Assembly: GCA_031961205.1 (NCBI GenBank)
Contig: JAVRLS010000001.1
Coordinates: 1-60,614, forward strand
Direction: 5' to 3'
Source of the DNA: Thermoplasmataceae archaeon
GTDB lineage: Archaea > Thermoplasmatota > Thermoplasmata > Thermoplasmatales > Thermoplasmataceae
DNA: 60,614 nucleotides
A program made the translations under genes and the position numbers. Each line of letters begins with the position of its first letter. The first letter of the stretch is position 1. Shown piece after piece: positions 38,891-48,537 of this stretch. The notes under the pieces are model-generated. The model was not told the DNA's origin, did no database searches, and saw only the letters and a program-made list of their open reading frames with translations.

Positions 38891-39061
38891 TTAACTAATC
38901 GGCCAGAATACCTTCGCCAATTCAACGATAACAGCAACAGCGATTCCGATATATATCACAAGCTTAGGATCAAGCGCCGGTCCTGTAATTTCCTCCTCTT
39001 CGAAGTACCTAATAAGGCCTGCACCGGACTGAAATCCTTCATTCTTCTTATCTGATGCCAT
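38891..39061 (-). CDS. secG: preprotein translocase subunit Sec61-beta (archaeal SecG)
   Basis: Below the ORF-track cutoff. Hand translation MASDKKNEGFQSGAGLIRYFEEEEITGPALDPKLVIYIGIAVAVIVELAKVFWPIS (56 aa). GAGLIRYF..E motif plus a C-terminal TM anchor. Confidence 0.85.
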   Translation of the reverse strand: MASDKKNEGFQSGAGLIRYFEEEEITGPALDPKLVIYIGIAVAVIVELAKVFWPIS

Positions 39062-39188
39062 TGAATCATCATTAAAATCATATTATTAAATCTTTTTGAA
39101 GATAAGAATGAAATCAGGGAATTTCCAGTTTGATTATAAACAATCCTGATCTGGGAGATAGTTCGGGCCTAATTCATTGAACAAAATT

Positions 39189-39584
39189 TTATTTTTTTAG
39201 TTTTCTTATTTCATACAGAATCATCTTATCGTAATCTATGTCAAATTTAATCTTTCTATTTCTGAGTATTTTTGCAATTTCCTCAGTAATACTTTTAATG
39301 TCTTCACTGAGAATCCCCCTATATATTATGATACTTTTTCGATCCAGTGGAAATATCATGCGGTATTTGGCATCTTCTTTTATATAACCTAATGGTTTTT
39401 TATCTTTTTTTATTTCTTCAAGATTTAACTGAAGCATAACCTGGTCGAATTGCTGTTCTTCAGGATTTTTTTTCTGTTCCACTATCAGGTCGTATATTTC
39501 TGGAAACGCTTTTTCAAGCTTAGCCCACTCAAACTTATCATCAAAATAGATATGCCCACTCCAATTTTTCATGTTAATCACCAA
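39189..39584 (-). CDS. hypothetical protein (orphan, soluble, Lys/Glu-rich)
   Basis: 131-aa ORF. 11-nt overlap with the upstream 80-aa ORF suggests a two-gene unit. No family recognised. Confidence 0.45.
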   Translation of the reverse strand: MVINMKNWSGHIYFDDKFEWAKLEKAFPEIYDLIVEQKKNPEEQQFDQVMLQLNLEEIKKDKKPLGYIKEDAKYRMIFPLDRKSIIIYRGILSEDIKSITEEIAKILRNRKIKFDIDYDKMILYEIRKLKK

Positions 39585-39816
39585 CAGTAAATCTGTACAG
39601 TATAAGCGAAAGGAATAAGGAAGATACTATAAGTTTTGGCCTGCACCTGTTAATCTTCGATGTAAATTTTTCTCCGATTTTTTTTATTTTCGAACTCGCT
39701 ATCGATTTATGTAAGGACATAAATTCACTTTTTGTCCTGTAATTCTGACATTTTTTAATGAGTTTCATCATATTCAAAGCCTCTTTCAGTGAAGCACGCC
39801 CTTCATGAATAAGCAT
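39574..39816 (-). CDS. hypothetical small protein with C-terminal hydrophobic anchor
   Basis: 80-aa ORF, basic, with C-terminal LIVSSLFLSLILY. Overlaps the start of the 131-aa ORF. Confidence 0.35.
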   Translation of the reverse strand: MLIHEGRASLKEALNMMKLIKKCQNYRTKSEFMSLHKSIASSKIKKIGEKFTSKINRCRPKLIVSSLFLSLILYRFTVGD

Positions 39817-40611
39817 CCTGCCCTATTTAACCGGATGGCTAACTTTAAATGTATTGAGGTGCTAAATATATTATATTCGCACATCTCTATTGTATGCAAG
39901 TCCTTATCATAATACTTTCCATTTTAATATCTGATAGCATCTTGGATTTTATGCAAGAACTGCCGGAACATGATGTGGATTATAAGAAAAATTTCACGAA
40001 AATAAAGATTTACTTGGAATACGGATCAAGAGGCGATAAATAATTGAAAAATTTCCTGAATTAACATGGTATCGGGCAGTATGGCCCTTAATCTTTTCTA
40101 ATAGTGCTTTTGATTCTCTGTTGATTCCTGTATTACGGATTCATGAACCAATCCCTTGCACTTCAATGTCCCCGGGATGTTAAGAGAAATCTCCACGGAT
40201 TCGATATTTTTCTGCAGTTCCATGTATGCGATCAGTGAGAGAAATATCATCTTATAGCGTCTTCCCCATGTACCCTCAGCGGAAGAAGTGACAGATCCTC
40301 ATTTGATATGGGCCATTAATAACACCAAACGTCATCAAGCCATAGCCTATGATAAGGCTGAATTTAGACTTCCTATGGATCAGATCTGCCATAATATCTG
40401 GCCTGGGCATTGAGATGGAATTAGAAGAGCAGCAGAACGGAACAGGCAGGGCCAGCAATAAGGATTCCAACAGCGTAGGATTATTTCTTTCACTGTACTT
40501 GGTGATCATGGAGTATGATTTAATTCCATTTTATTATATTTTGTGCCTATTTTTATATTTCAGAATAAGGATCCATGCAATATCTGCAATTGATACGCCA
40601 ACTCGAAAATG

Positions 40612-40684
40612 TGGGGCCGTCCGGATTTGGACCGGAGTCTCAGGCTCCCAAAGCCCGTAGGATACCAAGCTACCCCACGGCCCC
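40612..40684 (-). tRNA. tRNA-Pro (anticodon UGG)
   Basis: Hand-folded. Acceptor GGGGCCG/CGGCCCC, anticodon stem CGGGC/GCCTG, loop TTTGGGA, T arm TCCGG-TCCAAAT-CCGGA, discriminator A. Confidence 0.9.
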
Positions 40685-40857
40685 ATATCATATAGTTCAA
40701 AAGGAATCTCCTTCTAGCTTCTTAAGTGATTGAAATTCATGTTATAGCTTTTTCTATGGCAGCATATTACCTTATTTATCGCCAATGATAGAAAATTAAA
40801 TTTTTATAATAAAAATTTAAACGATAAAATTATATATTAACTTCTCGTTATTGAACT

Positions 40858-41670
40858 ATGACTGGGTTAGATATATTACTGATAATAATAATCTTCATAG
40901 CAGTGATAATACTACTTTCCGGTATTCACGTGCTTAAGGAGTGGGAAAGGGCCATAGTACTTACCCTTGGAAAATATGGCGGAATAAAGGGGCCAGGTAT
41001 AATATTTATAACGCCAATAGTGAGCAAGGGAGTTTTCGTATCAACGAGAATTCAGCCCATACAGTTCAAGACTGAGGCAACATTCACAAAGGATAACGTT
41101 CCGGTAAATGCAGATGCAGTTATGTATTACCAGGTAATTGATCCAAAAAAAGCTGTTCTTAACATACAGGACTTTTCTGTTGGAACAAATTACGCCGCTC
41201 AGACCACGCTCAGGGAAGTTATTGGAAAAACATCATTCGATGAGATACTTTCCGAGAGGGAAAAACTCGGTGAAGATGCAAGAGAGATAATTGATTCCAA
41301 GACAGAGGCATGGGGAATAAAGGTTACATCCGTCGAAATAAGGGACATAATCGTACCATCACAGCTTCAGGAAGCCATGTCCAGGCAAGCTTCTGCGGAG
41401 AGGGAGAGAAGATCGAGGGTAACGCTTGCCCAGGCAGAGGTGGAGGCCGGGCAGAAAATGGTCGAGGCATCGAAGCAGTATGCTGAGAATCCCATAGGGC
41501 TTCAACTGAGATGGATGCAGATAATCTATGAAATCGGGCTGGAAGGGAAATCAGACATGATACTTATACCGGCGCAGCTGGAAACCGCTGGATCACCTCT
41601 GACGTTTATGGGAGTTAAAGACTTTATTGAGAAGAATAAAGGTACTGCACAAGATTCACAATCTCATTGA
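40858..41670 (+). CDS. SPFH/band-7 protein (stomatin/prohibitin homologue)
   Basis: 270-aa ORF. N-terminal TM followed by the stomatin signature (VLKEWERAIVLTLGKY, REVIG, RDIIVPSQLQEAM). Confidence 0.9.
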   Translation: MTGLDILLIIIIFIAVIILLSGIHVLKEWERAIVLTLGKYGGIKGPGIIFITPIVSKGVFVSTRIQPIQFKTEATFTKDNVPVNADAVMYYQVIDPKKAVLNIQDFSVGTNYAAQTTLREVIGKTSFDEILSEREKLGEDAREIIDSKTEAWGIKVTSVEIRDIIVPSQLQEAMSRQASAERERRSRVTLAQAEVEAGQKMVEASKQYAENPIGLQLRWMQIIYEIGLEGKSDMILIPAQLETAGSPLTFMGVKDFIEKNKGTAQDSQSH

Positions 41671-42340
41671 ATGAAAGTTCGGACGGTCTCTTATTTTCAA
41701 ATCCGTCCGGGTATTTATCGAATATATTAGAAATCATTTTTCTTTTTTTTGAAAACATATCTACCAGTATTTTATCAAGAAATTTCATATCAAATGAGTA
41801 ATCATACTTTTTCTTCCTGATGTAGATGATCGCAGAATCGACCTTTGGAGGTGGAATAAAATTTGATTTGCTGACATACCTGCTTATTCTGATCTCAAAG
41901 CGTACATTTGCATTAACGTAAAGCCTTGAAATTTCGTTTTCCTTTACAAGTTTGTCGGCGAATTCCTTCTGAACCATAAGTACGGATCTTTCAAATTCGA
42001 AATCATATAACCTGAACAATATTGGCGATGAGATGTAATAAGGTATGTTCCCGATTATACCTGCATAATTATTCGGTGGAAATTTCAGTATATCACCATT
42101 TATAACTGTCACCCCGCTGGAAGCATATCTGCGGGAAAGGTCCATGAATATGTTTCTGTCCTTTTCAATGGCCGTAACGCTTATTCCACGTCCTGCAAGA
42201 ATATCTGTGAGAATACCTGTTCCCGGGCCTATTTCCAGGATATTTTCGCCCTTAACCGGATTAAGGAGATCGACTTCGTATTCAGCGATTCTCTTGGTTT
42301 TTAAAAAGACCTGGCCGGTTTTATGCGACCATGATGTCAT
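41624..42340 (-). CDS. ksgA: 16S rRNA (adenine-N6,N6)-dimethyltransferase KsgA/RsmA (Dim1)
   Basis: 238-aa ORF; GQVFL, SAM motif ILEIGPGTGILT, GNIPYYISSPILF. Confidence 0.9.
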   Translation of the reverse strand: MTSWSHKTGQVFLKTKRIAEYEVDLLNPVKGENILEIGPGTGILTDILAGRGISVTAIEKDRNIFMDLSRRYASSGVTVINGDILKFPPNNYAGIIGNIPYYISSPILFRLYDFEFERSVLMVQKEFADKLVKENEISRLYVNANVRFEIRISRYVSKSNFIPPPKVDSAIIYIRKKKYDYSFDMKFLDKILVDMFSKKRKMISNIFDKYPDGFENKRPSELSFNEIVNLVQYLYSSQ

Positions 42341-42900
42341 TTTGCAACAAAAAGCTTGTATTTTTCGTATCTGTCCTTGAGCTCATCAACTATTCGGCTT
42401 ACTATCATTTTTTGCGGGTTGTGTATCGTCTTCACCCTTTCAACAAGATCTGAAAAGGATGTGAATGGTTTGTTCTTTCTCTCCTCAAGAATATTCCACA
42501 TGGTTTTGTTTCCGAGGCCGGGCAGGAGCTCGAGTGTGTGGAGGCGTGCATTTATAGGTTGCGCCTCGTTAAAGAACTGCACAAATCTTGCCTCCTGCTT
42601 ATTCACAATATCTTCAAGTGTGTATGGGAGTTCATTTGCTGCCGAACTTGTAAGATCCTTGTATGTTATTCTCCTCTTTACTGAAAGGATTTTTTTCCTC
42701 ATTTCGGCATTCTTTCCTATATAGACCTTTTCCCCAACGGTAATTGCCTCATTCTGTTTTGGAATCAGCTCAAGAAGCTTGAATTCGGTTTCGCCGACTG
42801 CAATCACAAGAGGATTCATCCTGTAACTTCTGTCATCAGGTCTGCCCTGCGGTAAATAATCAAGAACATATGCATATTCTTCCAAGTAATCACTCTCCAT
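42337..42900 (-). CDS. DUF655 protein (OB fold plus helix-hairpin-helix; putative RNA-binding)
   Basis: 187-aa ORF; EEYAYVLDYLPQGRP...; conserved archaeal neighbourhood rpl21e-rpoF-DUF655-ksgA. Confidence 0.75.
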   Translation of the reverse strand: MESDYLEEYAYVLDYLPQGRPDDRSYRMNPLVIAVGETEFKLLELIPKQNEAITVGEKVYIGKNAEMRKKILSVKRRITYKDLTSSAANELPYTLEDIVNKQEARFVQFFNEAQPINARLHTLELLPGLGNKTMWNILEERKNKPFTSFSDLVERVKTIHNPQKMIVSRIVDELKDRYEKYKLFVAK

Positions 42901-43217
42901 TAGAATTTCAAGGTTTTTAAATAATCAATAACCATATTTAAATCTTTGTCAGCGATCATAACGTTATATGCAGAGAGTATGCTTGTAAGCTCATCCTGCG
43001 TGACAGGTTTTAGATCCAGTATTTTTGTTGTTACCTTATCCGGTATGTCAACCATACCCTTAATAGCTGTTTTCGCCCCTTCAGCATCTTCAGGAGTCAT
43101 CCTTCTGAATCTGTCAACATAAAGAAAATTAATTTTTTCCATGTCCGAAAGTTCTTCTTTCCTGGACATGATTCCGTATACTTCCGGTATGGATATATAT
43201 TTTTTATCCATTTTCAT
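42900..43217 (-). CDS. rpoF: DNA-directed RNA polymerase subunit F (Rpo4)
   Basis: 105-aa ORF with a helical Rpb4-like pattern, in the conserved slot after rpl21e. Confidence 0.75.
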   Translation of the reverse strand: MKMDKKYISIPEVYGIMSRKEELSDMEKINFLYVDRFRRMTPEDAEGAKTAIKGMVDIPDKVTTKILDLKPVTQDELTSILSAYNVMIADKDLNMVIDYLKTLKF

Positions 43218-43510
43218 CCTTCTATGCGTTTCAAATGCACCGGGTTTGCCAGGACATATTTCACTAAAGTATCAACCTTTACAGCTATCTTGTATGAACT
43301 TCCCTGCTTTCCCACAACCTTTCCGGTATATCCCTGGAATCTGTGGTATGGCAGGCCGTTATGGATGGAGGGTTCAATATTTATTGCCACTGTATCACCC
43401 TCATCAAATTCCTGCATAATTTTACGTATTACAGATCTTTTTCTCTCTTCATTGCTCTTTGTCATTTTCCTTCTTGAACCCGACCTGGGCCCATGAGACA
43501 TTTTAACCAT
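43214..43510 (-). CDS. rpl21e: 50S ribosomal protein L21e
   Basis: 98-aa ORF; [12 protein letters not shown]..., [13 protein letters not shown]. Confidence 0.93.
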   Translation of the reverse strand: MVKMSHGPRSGSRRKMTKSNEERKRSVIRKIMQEFDEGDTVAINIEPSIHNGLPYHRFQGYTGKVVGKQGSSYKIAVKVDTLVKYVLANPVHLKRIEG

Positions 43511-44679
43511 TATTCATCCCCTCTGCATATATTGATAACGTCCAGTTCCTTAATTTCAAGATCCTCCCCATAAATAGCTGACAGACTTGGATTTGTTCTG
43601 CCGTCATCGCCATTCACGAGTTCTTTAATATATGTCCCGGCTTCCGCCTTTATTACTATTTCGGCTCTATTTGCTTCAACACCGGTTATTTCCATTGATT
43701 TAACCAGTCTTGTCCGCACCATATCTGATCTTGTCTTGGCAACTCTTAATGGTGTTCTCTGATATATATTTTTTCCGTTCAATGATTCAACTGCCGCTTT
43801 CATTCTTGAAGCCTCAATATTTTCTTTCGAAACTATGGTGGCCCTATAAACTTTGTCATACCTTTCCTGCTTTATCTTTTTAACAGTTTCTCTATCAACG
43901 AACTTCAGATCAGATATATATACGCCCTTGCTGGCGCCATTTACTGTATTTTCAAGATCTATGAGTGATATATCCCTTATTTTAGGGCTTTCAGATTCTA
44001 TCACAAATTCTCTCCCGTTTCCGAGCATCCTTACGTCTACGTCTTCCCTTCCTGCACCGTGAAGATAGTAATTTGATCCACCTGTAAGGGAGTTCACTGC
44101 ATCCCCGATCACCGATTCCACGGAATCGCCTGATGGCCGGTGTATCCATCTTGTCTGTGGCATATCGCGCCTGAGTTTCCTGTATTTTCCATAAACATAT
44201 AAGCTCTTTATCAGAACGTTTGCATAATCATATTCGGTATTTACAGTTATTATAATATCCGGATCGTCTTTCCTGTAGTTTTTTCCTGATTTAAGGGAGA
44301 AAAATTTTCCGAACTCCCGGTTGAATTCCTTTTTGATGCTCTCTCCCCTCGATCCGAATTTTTTATGTATTTCCTCCTCTTCCGTGATTACATCTTCAGC
44401 GAATACAGAACCTATCAGGAATGTCTCATACTGGTATCCTTTTAGTTTATCGTCTATTATTGAAAAGTAGCCGTCAAATCTCTTAAAAATTCCAGAGCAT
44501 AGCCTGCAGTTTTCTTCATCGGGCAATTCTACCCTGTCGATGCCTTCCGTGCATTTATAGGAGAAGATGAGCATGTCACCACGCTGATCATTCGTTAACC
44601 CTGAGCCTATTGCCGCAAAAATTCTGCCTGTGCATCTTCTGCATAAATTATTTGAAAAAATATCTTTTAGATCATACAT
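43510..44679 (-). CDS. pus10: tRNA pseudouridine-54/55 synthase Pus10
   Basis: 389-aa ORF. N-terminal zinc-ribbon Cys pairs (CRRCTGR, CRLCSG), THUMP-like middle region, catalytic C-terminal half ([22 protein letters not shown]). Confidence 0.85.
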   Translation of the reverse strand: MYDLKDIFSNNLCRRCTGRIFAAIGSGLTNDQRGDMLIFSYKCTEGIDRVELPDEENCRLCSGIFKRFDGYFSIIDDKLKGYQYETFLIGSVFAEDVITEEEEIHKKFGSRGESIKKEFNREFGKFFSLKSGKNYRKDDPDIIITVNTEYDYANVLIKSLYVYGKYRKLRRDMPQTRWIHRPSGDSVESVIGDAVNSLTGGSNYYLHGAGREDVDVRMLGNGREFVIESESPKIRDISLIDLENTVNGASKGVYISDLKFVDRETVKKIKQERYDKVYRATIVSKENIEASRMKAAVESLNGKNIYQRTPLRVAKTRSDMVRTRLVKSMEITGVEANRAEIVIKAEAGTYIKELVNGDDGRTNPSLSAIYGEDLEIKELDVINICRGDE

Positions 44680-44687
44680 AAAATATG

Positions 44688-44825
44688 TTATCTTGCCAAA
44701 ATTGTTTTTTCAATGCTTGGGCGGTCCTTCACGAATACTCTTGAACCGCACTCGCATTCTATCTCGGAGGTTCCCATGGATTTCTCCAGAAGCCTCCCGC
44801 ATCTTACGCATTTATAGGTAGTCAT
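44688..44825 (-). CDS. rpoP: DNA-directed RNA polymerase subunit P (Rpo12)
   Basis: Below the ORF-track cutoff. Hand translation [45 protein letters not shown] (45 aa, CxxC...CxC zinc ribbon). ATGA overlap with the rpl37ae stop. Confidence 0.85.
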   Translation of the reverse strand: MTTYKCVRCGRLLEKSMGTSEIECECGSRVFVKDRPSIEKTILAR

Positions 44826-45064
44826 TCCTCTATTACCTTCTCCTCATATGCTGGGGTGTATGAACCGCCCGCAAATTTATATCCGCAGTGCCTGCATTCC
44901 CATATCCCTGATGCTGTTCTTTTGACCTTTTTCTTCTTGCATGATGGGCAGACATAAAAGGCTATTTTCTGTTTGTATATTTCATGCCATTCTTTCCTTA
45001 ATGTTACACCGTATCTGGGACCGAAACGACCTGCTGCTCCAACCTTGTTAGTTCGTCTTGACAT
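44822..45064 (-). CDS. rpl37ae: 50S ribosomal protein L37Ae (eL43)
   Basis: 80-aa ORF; [22 protein letters not shown]...WECRHCG. Confidence 0.95.
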   Translation of the reverse strand: MSRRTNKVGAAGRFGPRYGVTLRKEWHEIYKQKIAFYVCPSCKKKKVKRTASGIWECRHCGYKFAGGSYTPAYEEKVIEE

Positions 45065-45069
45065 CTATT

Positions 45070-45879
45070 TCACCTGAAATATTTTTCCCTTATTTTGTTT
45101 CCAACCTCAGTTGACATCTTAATTGCATTTTTTATATCATCGACAGTAAACGTTCCTATTTCACCTTTTTGCATGGCTCTTATATGCCCGTCTTCTGTTG
45201 TGGTGACCGTTATCCTCCCACCGCATATCTGGTCCTCTTCAAGCGAAGGATCGCAAACGAGCACATCACCCACTTTCACCATTGTCACTGATATGGGTGT
45301 ACTGATGATTGGGAGCTTAAAATCTTCCTTTCCTTCCCTGGAGGCTGGAACTATGGCATTTTTTAGAGCTGAGACCGCTGCAATTGTGCATGCATCTATT
45401 AGATTCCCGTCGTAATCAAGAACGTTTATGTCAAGAAATACTATCCATACCTTTTTGCCAGGTTCTATCACAAGGCTATCCGGATTTATCATCTTGCTTT
45501 CTCTTATTCCGCGATCCACAACTCTTGAAAGTTCAATGGCCATATCATTTGGGGGCCCGGCTTCAAAGCTTGGGAAAGCTATAGGAAGCAGCTCAACATT
45601 TGTGGTAAGAACTCCCTGTTCAGGAGTATCAGGAAATGGTTCTCCAGATTCTATCTTGATACCGGCAACTACCTTTGTCTTCCCCAGCGAAACATACGCT
45701 GATCCGGAGGCCCTCGGGACATAGTTTTCCTGTATATTTATTTCCCTGAAATCTTCAGGGGATCTCCCGTCTATTCTCTTCCCATCCTTCATTGTGGAAA
45801 GAATGAAATTCTTTCTTATTTCTGACAATATATCAGCTGATTCTTTAACCATTTTATTCACCGCCCTTGAATTCTTCAA
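45070..45879 (-). CDS. rrp42: exosome complex component Rrp42
   Basis: 269-aa RNase-PH-like ORF after rrp41 (RIDGRSPEDFREI). Confidence 0.9.
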   Translation of the reverse strand: MKNSRAVNKMVKESADILSEIRKNFILSTMKDGKRIDGRSPEDFREINIQENYVPRASGSAYVSLGKTKVVAGIKIESGEPFPDTPEQGVLTTNVELLPIAFPSFEAGPPNDMAIELSRVVDRGIRESKMINPDSLVIEPGKKVWIVFLDINVLDYDGNLIDACTIAAVSALKNAIVPASREGKEDFKLPIISTPISVTMVKVGDVLVCDPSLEEDQICGGRITVTTTEDGHIRAMQKGEIGTFTVDDIKNAIKMSTEVGNKIREKYFR

Positions 45880-46597
45880 GTTTATATTTGCTCAGCAGAG
45901 CATCCCTCTGCACCTGTGATATTTTCTTCATGGCTTCGAGCATCATGCCCTGTGCCTCAAAGAATTCATCCTGAGTGACATCGCCATCCATCTGTAGAAG
46001 AACTATTTCGCCAGTCTTTGGCATTATCGCCATGGGTATGTCTGCCTCTCCGAAGTTATCTTCTTCCTTTGACAGATCCAGAACAATGTGACCGTCTGCT
46101 TTTCCCGCAGTACAGCCAACTATCATGTCCCTCATAGGAACCCCTGCATCGGCAAGTGCCACAGTAGCGGCGGTAAGGCCGGCTATCCTTGTTCCTGCAT
46201 CTGCCTGCATGACTTCTATATAGACATCTATCTGGGCTCTTGGAAACTGCTCTATCATAATTGAAGTGCTCAGCGCCTCGGATATTATTTTGGATATTTC
46301 CATTGTTCTCCTGTCCGGGCCAGGCCTCTTTCTTTCATCAACAGAGAACGCAGCCATGTTGTATCTTGCCTTTATGACTGCATGGTCGATATCCTGAGAA
46401 TGCTTCGGATATGCTTCTCTAGGTCCGTATACTCCAACCATTATCTTGTTTCCGCCCCATTCTATGTACGCAGAGCCGTCGGCCCTGTTAAGAACTCCCG
46501 TTTCTATTTTTATAGGCCTTAATTCGTTAAAAGACCTCCCATCCAACCGGATGTTGTCATCATTGATGAGCTTAATTTTGCTTTCCGTCTGCATCAC
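45854..46597 (-). CDS. rrp41: exosome complex exonuclease Rrp41
   Basis: 247-aa RNase-PH ORF (RLDGRSFNELRPI, ADGSAYIEWGGNK, DAGTRIAG). Confidence 0.93.
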   Translation of the reverse strand: MMQTESKIKLINDDNIRLDGRSFNELRPIKIETGVLNRADGSAYIEWGGNKIMVGVYGPREAYPKHSQDIDHAVIKARYNMAAFSVDERKRPGPDRRTMEISKIISEALSTSIMIEQFPRAQIDVYIEVMQADAGTRIAGLTAATVALADAGVPMRDMIVGCTAGKADGHIVLDLSKEEDNFGEADIPMAIMPKTGEIVLLQMDGDVTQDEFFEAQGMMLEAMKKISQVQRDALLSKYKLEEFKGGE

Positions 46598-47258
46598 CTT
46601 TTAATCCCTTCAAAAACTTTTCAACTCTGTCAGTAAGTCCCTCAGTGTGGGCTTCCCTTTCTATCATTTCGATGGCAGATATTGCCATAGTAACACCGTC
46701 GATCGGGCCATCAATCCATATCAGTCCATTCTGGCCTATTATTATGCGTGTTGCTGTTATTTCCTTGACCATGTTAACCATGGCCCCGCCTTTTCCTATG
46801 ATTCTCGGCACTCTTGACGAGTGTATGAGAACCATGTGGCCGCCTTCAAGTTTTTTAAGGCCGGGTTCTTTCATGGTAAGCCAGCTTTCTTTTATTTCAT
46901 TCACGCTCATAATTTTGCTGTACACATAGTCCCCTGAATTAATATATTTTTTCAGGTCTCCAGATGAAATTCTCCATGGAGTGTCATTCATGTGAAGCAT
47001 TGCAAAATATGGTGAATTTATGTCGACTGTCCACGTAGAAGGCCCGACTTCTATGACCTTTCCTATGACTTTATCACCCTTTCTCGGTATGTACTGACCC
47101 GAGAAAGGAACGACATCCACGAATTGATCGTTTATCTGAAGAGTTCCGAAGAATTCAGAATAGTATTTCTCATCGCTATCCCTGTATATACCGTTCCTCA
47201 TCTTTCCCTGAATATCTATTGAATCCCCGGGCAGGACTATTTTCTTGATATCACCCAC
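46572..47258 (-). CDS. rrp4: exosome complex RNA-binding protein Rrp4 (S1 plus KH)
   Basis: 228-aa ORF with a GTG start and an AGGTG SD 7 nt upstream; S1 and KH (IIGKGGAMVNMV) regions. Confidence 0.9.
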   Translation of the reverse strand: MGDIKKIVLPGDSIDIQGKMRNGIYRDSDEKYYSEFFGTLQINDQFVDVVPFSGQYIPRKGDKVIGKVIEVGPSTWTVDINSPYFAMLHMNDTPWRISSGDLKKYINSGDYVYSKIMSVNEIKESWLTMKEPGLKKLEGGHMVLIHSSRVPRIIGKGGAMVNMVKEITATRIIIGQNGLIWIDGPIDGVTMAISAIEMIEREAHTEGLTDRVEKFLKGLKGDADGKQN

Positions 47259-47804
47259 TTGTTACACCTTCATTCTATATATGCTGCCAATATAGTGATT
47301 TGGATAATATATTTTCGGTTTATTCTATGAGAGCAGGTCCTGTCAGTTTATTTTAAAATATTTTTCCACATGATACGGGCCCGATGGTTGATTCCCGTAT
47401 ACGGCATGTATGAGATGCAACACCCATGTTGTGAAAAATATAGGGAAAAGGAGGAAGAAAAGGTGCTATAAGTTTGTTGATGAGATGAGAACCATCAAGA
47501 ATCGTTATCTAAAATGATAGAGTGCTTAAGAATACGCCGCCGGAAAGAAAATAAAAATCACGTTCAAAACCGGATTAAAAAAATACCCTGATCACTGTAA
47601 ATCACTGTTTAATCATATTTATTGTGTATCTATCGGGTTACCTGCAGAGGGTTCATTGGCATAAGCGTATCGTGCCTGGCTCCAGGAACAATAGAATTTT
47701 TCTGGATGAAATAAAGGCCGTTAAATGAGATGTTTTTTACGATTCCTGACGTTTTTATAACCAAATTTTTATTAAAATAAAAGGCTTCAAGGGGAATAAT
47801 ATTA

Positions 47805-48497
47805 TTATTTGAGTACCTTGATCTGCACCTTATCTCCGCCTTTCCTTGAAATGCTTTCTATTATATCACCCTGAAGACCTGCCGGAACCTCAAGAACCCC
47901 CATCCACGAACCGTCTTTTCCCCATTCCTCCTTTGTTATATATCCTGACCTGCTCAGTTCTCCATAAATCCGGCCATAGGCGTCCCCGATTAAACGAACG
48001 GCTATTCTTGCCTTTTCAAACCTTATCGGTATTAATGGCATTATGGCTTTCAACACAGACTGAACCTGCTCCTCTGCGCCCTTAAAGGGATCAACGTGTA
48101 CCTTAGCCTCATCCATGGCCTGGGATATGCGGTATGGTGTGTGCGGTGTGTTTGTTTGCGGATTTATACCCTCACGCACTATTATGTTTATTATCTGTTT
48201 TCTCCGTTCATCATACATCTCCCGCCTTTGTTCTGTTGTAAGCTGTATCTGCCCTTTCTTCACTATTTCTATAGCTACCTGGGCAATGTTTACGGTCTTG
48301 AAAGCTTCCTTCAGCGATTCCTCACTCGCCTTCTCGCCTTTTCTAACATCTTTGTATATCTCCGGCATTGCAAGATCGTTTTCAGTGTCTATCTGGCCCT
48401 TCTTTATCTTCTCAATAGCGTCAGGATCTACAAGGATTTCAAATCGATAAGCATGAGATTCAAGTCTGGCCACAATTGCATCTTCTACTTTAACCAT
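47805..48497 (-). CDS. SBDS-family ribosome maturation protein
   Basis: 230-aa ORF; VARLESHAYRFEILVDP. Conserved psmA-SBDS-rrp4 order. Confidence 0.9.
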   Translation of the reverse strand: MVKVEDAIVARLESHAYRFEILVDPDAIEKIKKGQIDTENDLAMPEIYKDVRKGEKASEESLKEAFKTVNIAQVAIEIVKKGQIQLTTEQRREMYDERRKQIINIIVREGINPQTNTPHTPYRISQAMDEAKVHVDPFKGAEEQVQSVLKAIMPLIPIRFEKARIAVRLIGDAYGRIYGELSRSGYITKEEWGKDGSWMGVLEVPAGLQGDIIESISRKGGDKVQIKVLK

Positions 48498-48537
48498 AAA
48501 GAGAAATTGTATTTATAGATAAAAATATATCATTATT

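Noticed and set aside
40349-40660. 103-aa plus-strand ORF
   Set aside because: It runs into and over the antisense strand of tRNA-Pro and has no coding-like features.
47477-47520. TGATGA / TGATAG motifs that could be the C and C' boxes of a box C/D sRNA
   Set aside because: No CTGA D or D' boxes occur at the required spacing on either strand, and there are no terminal complementary stems.
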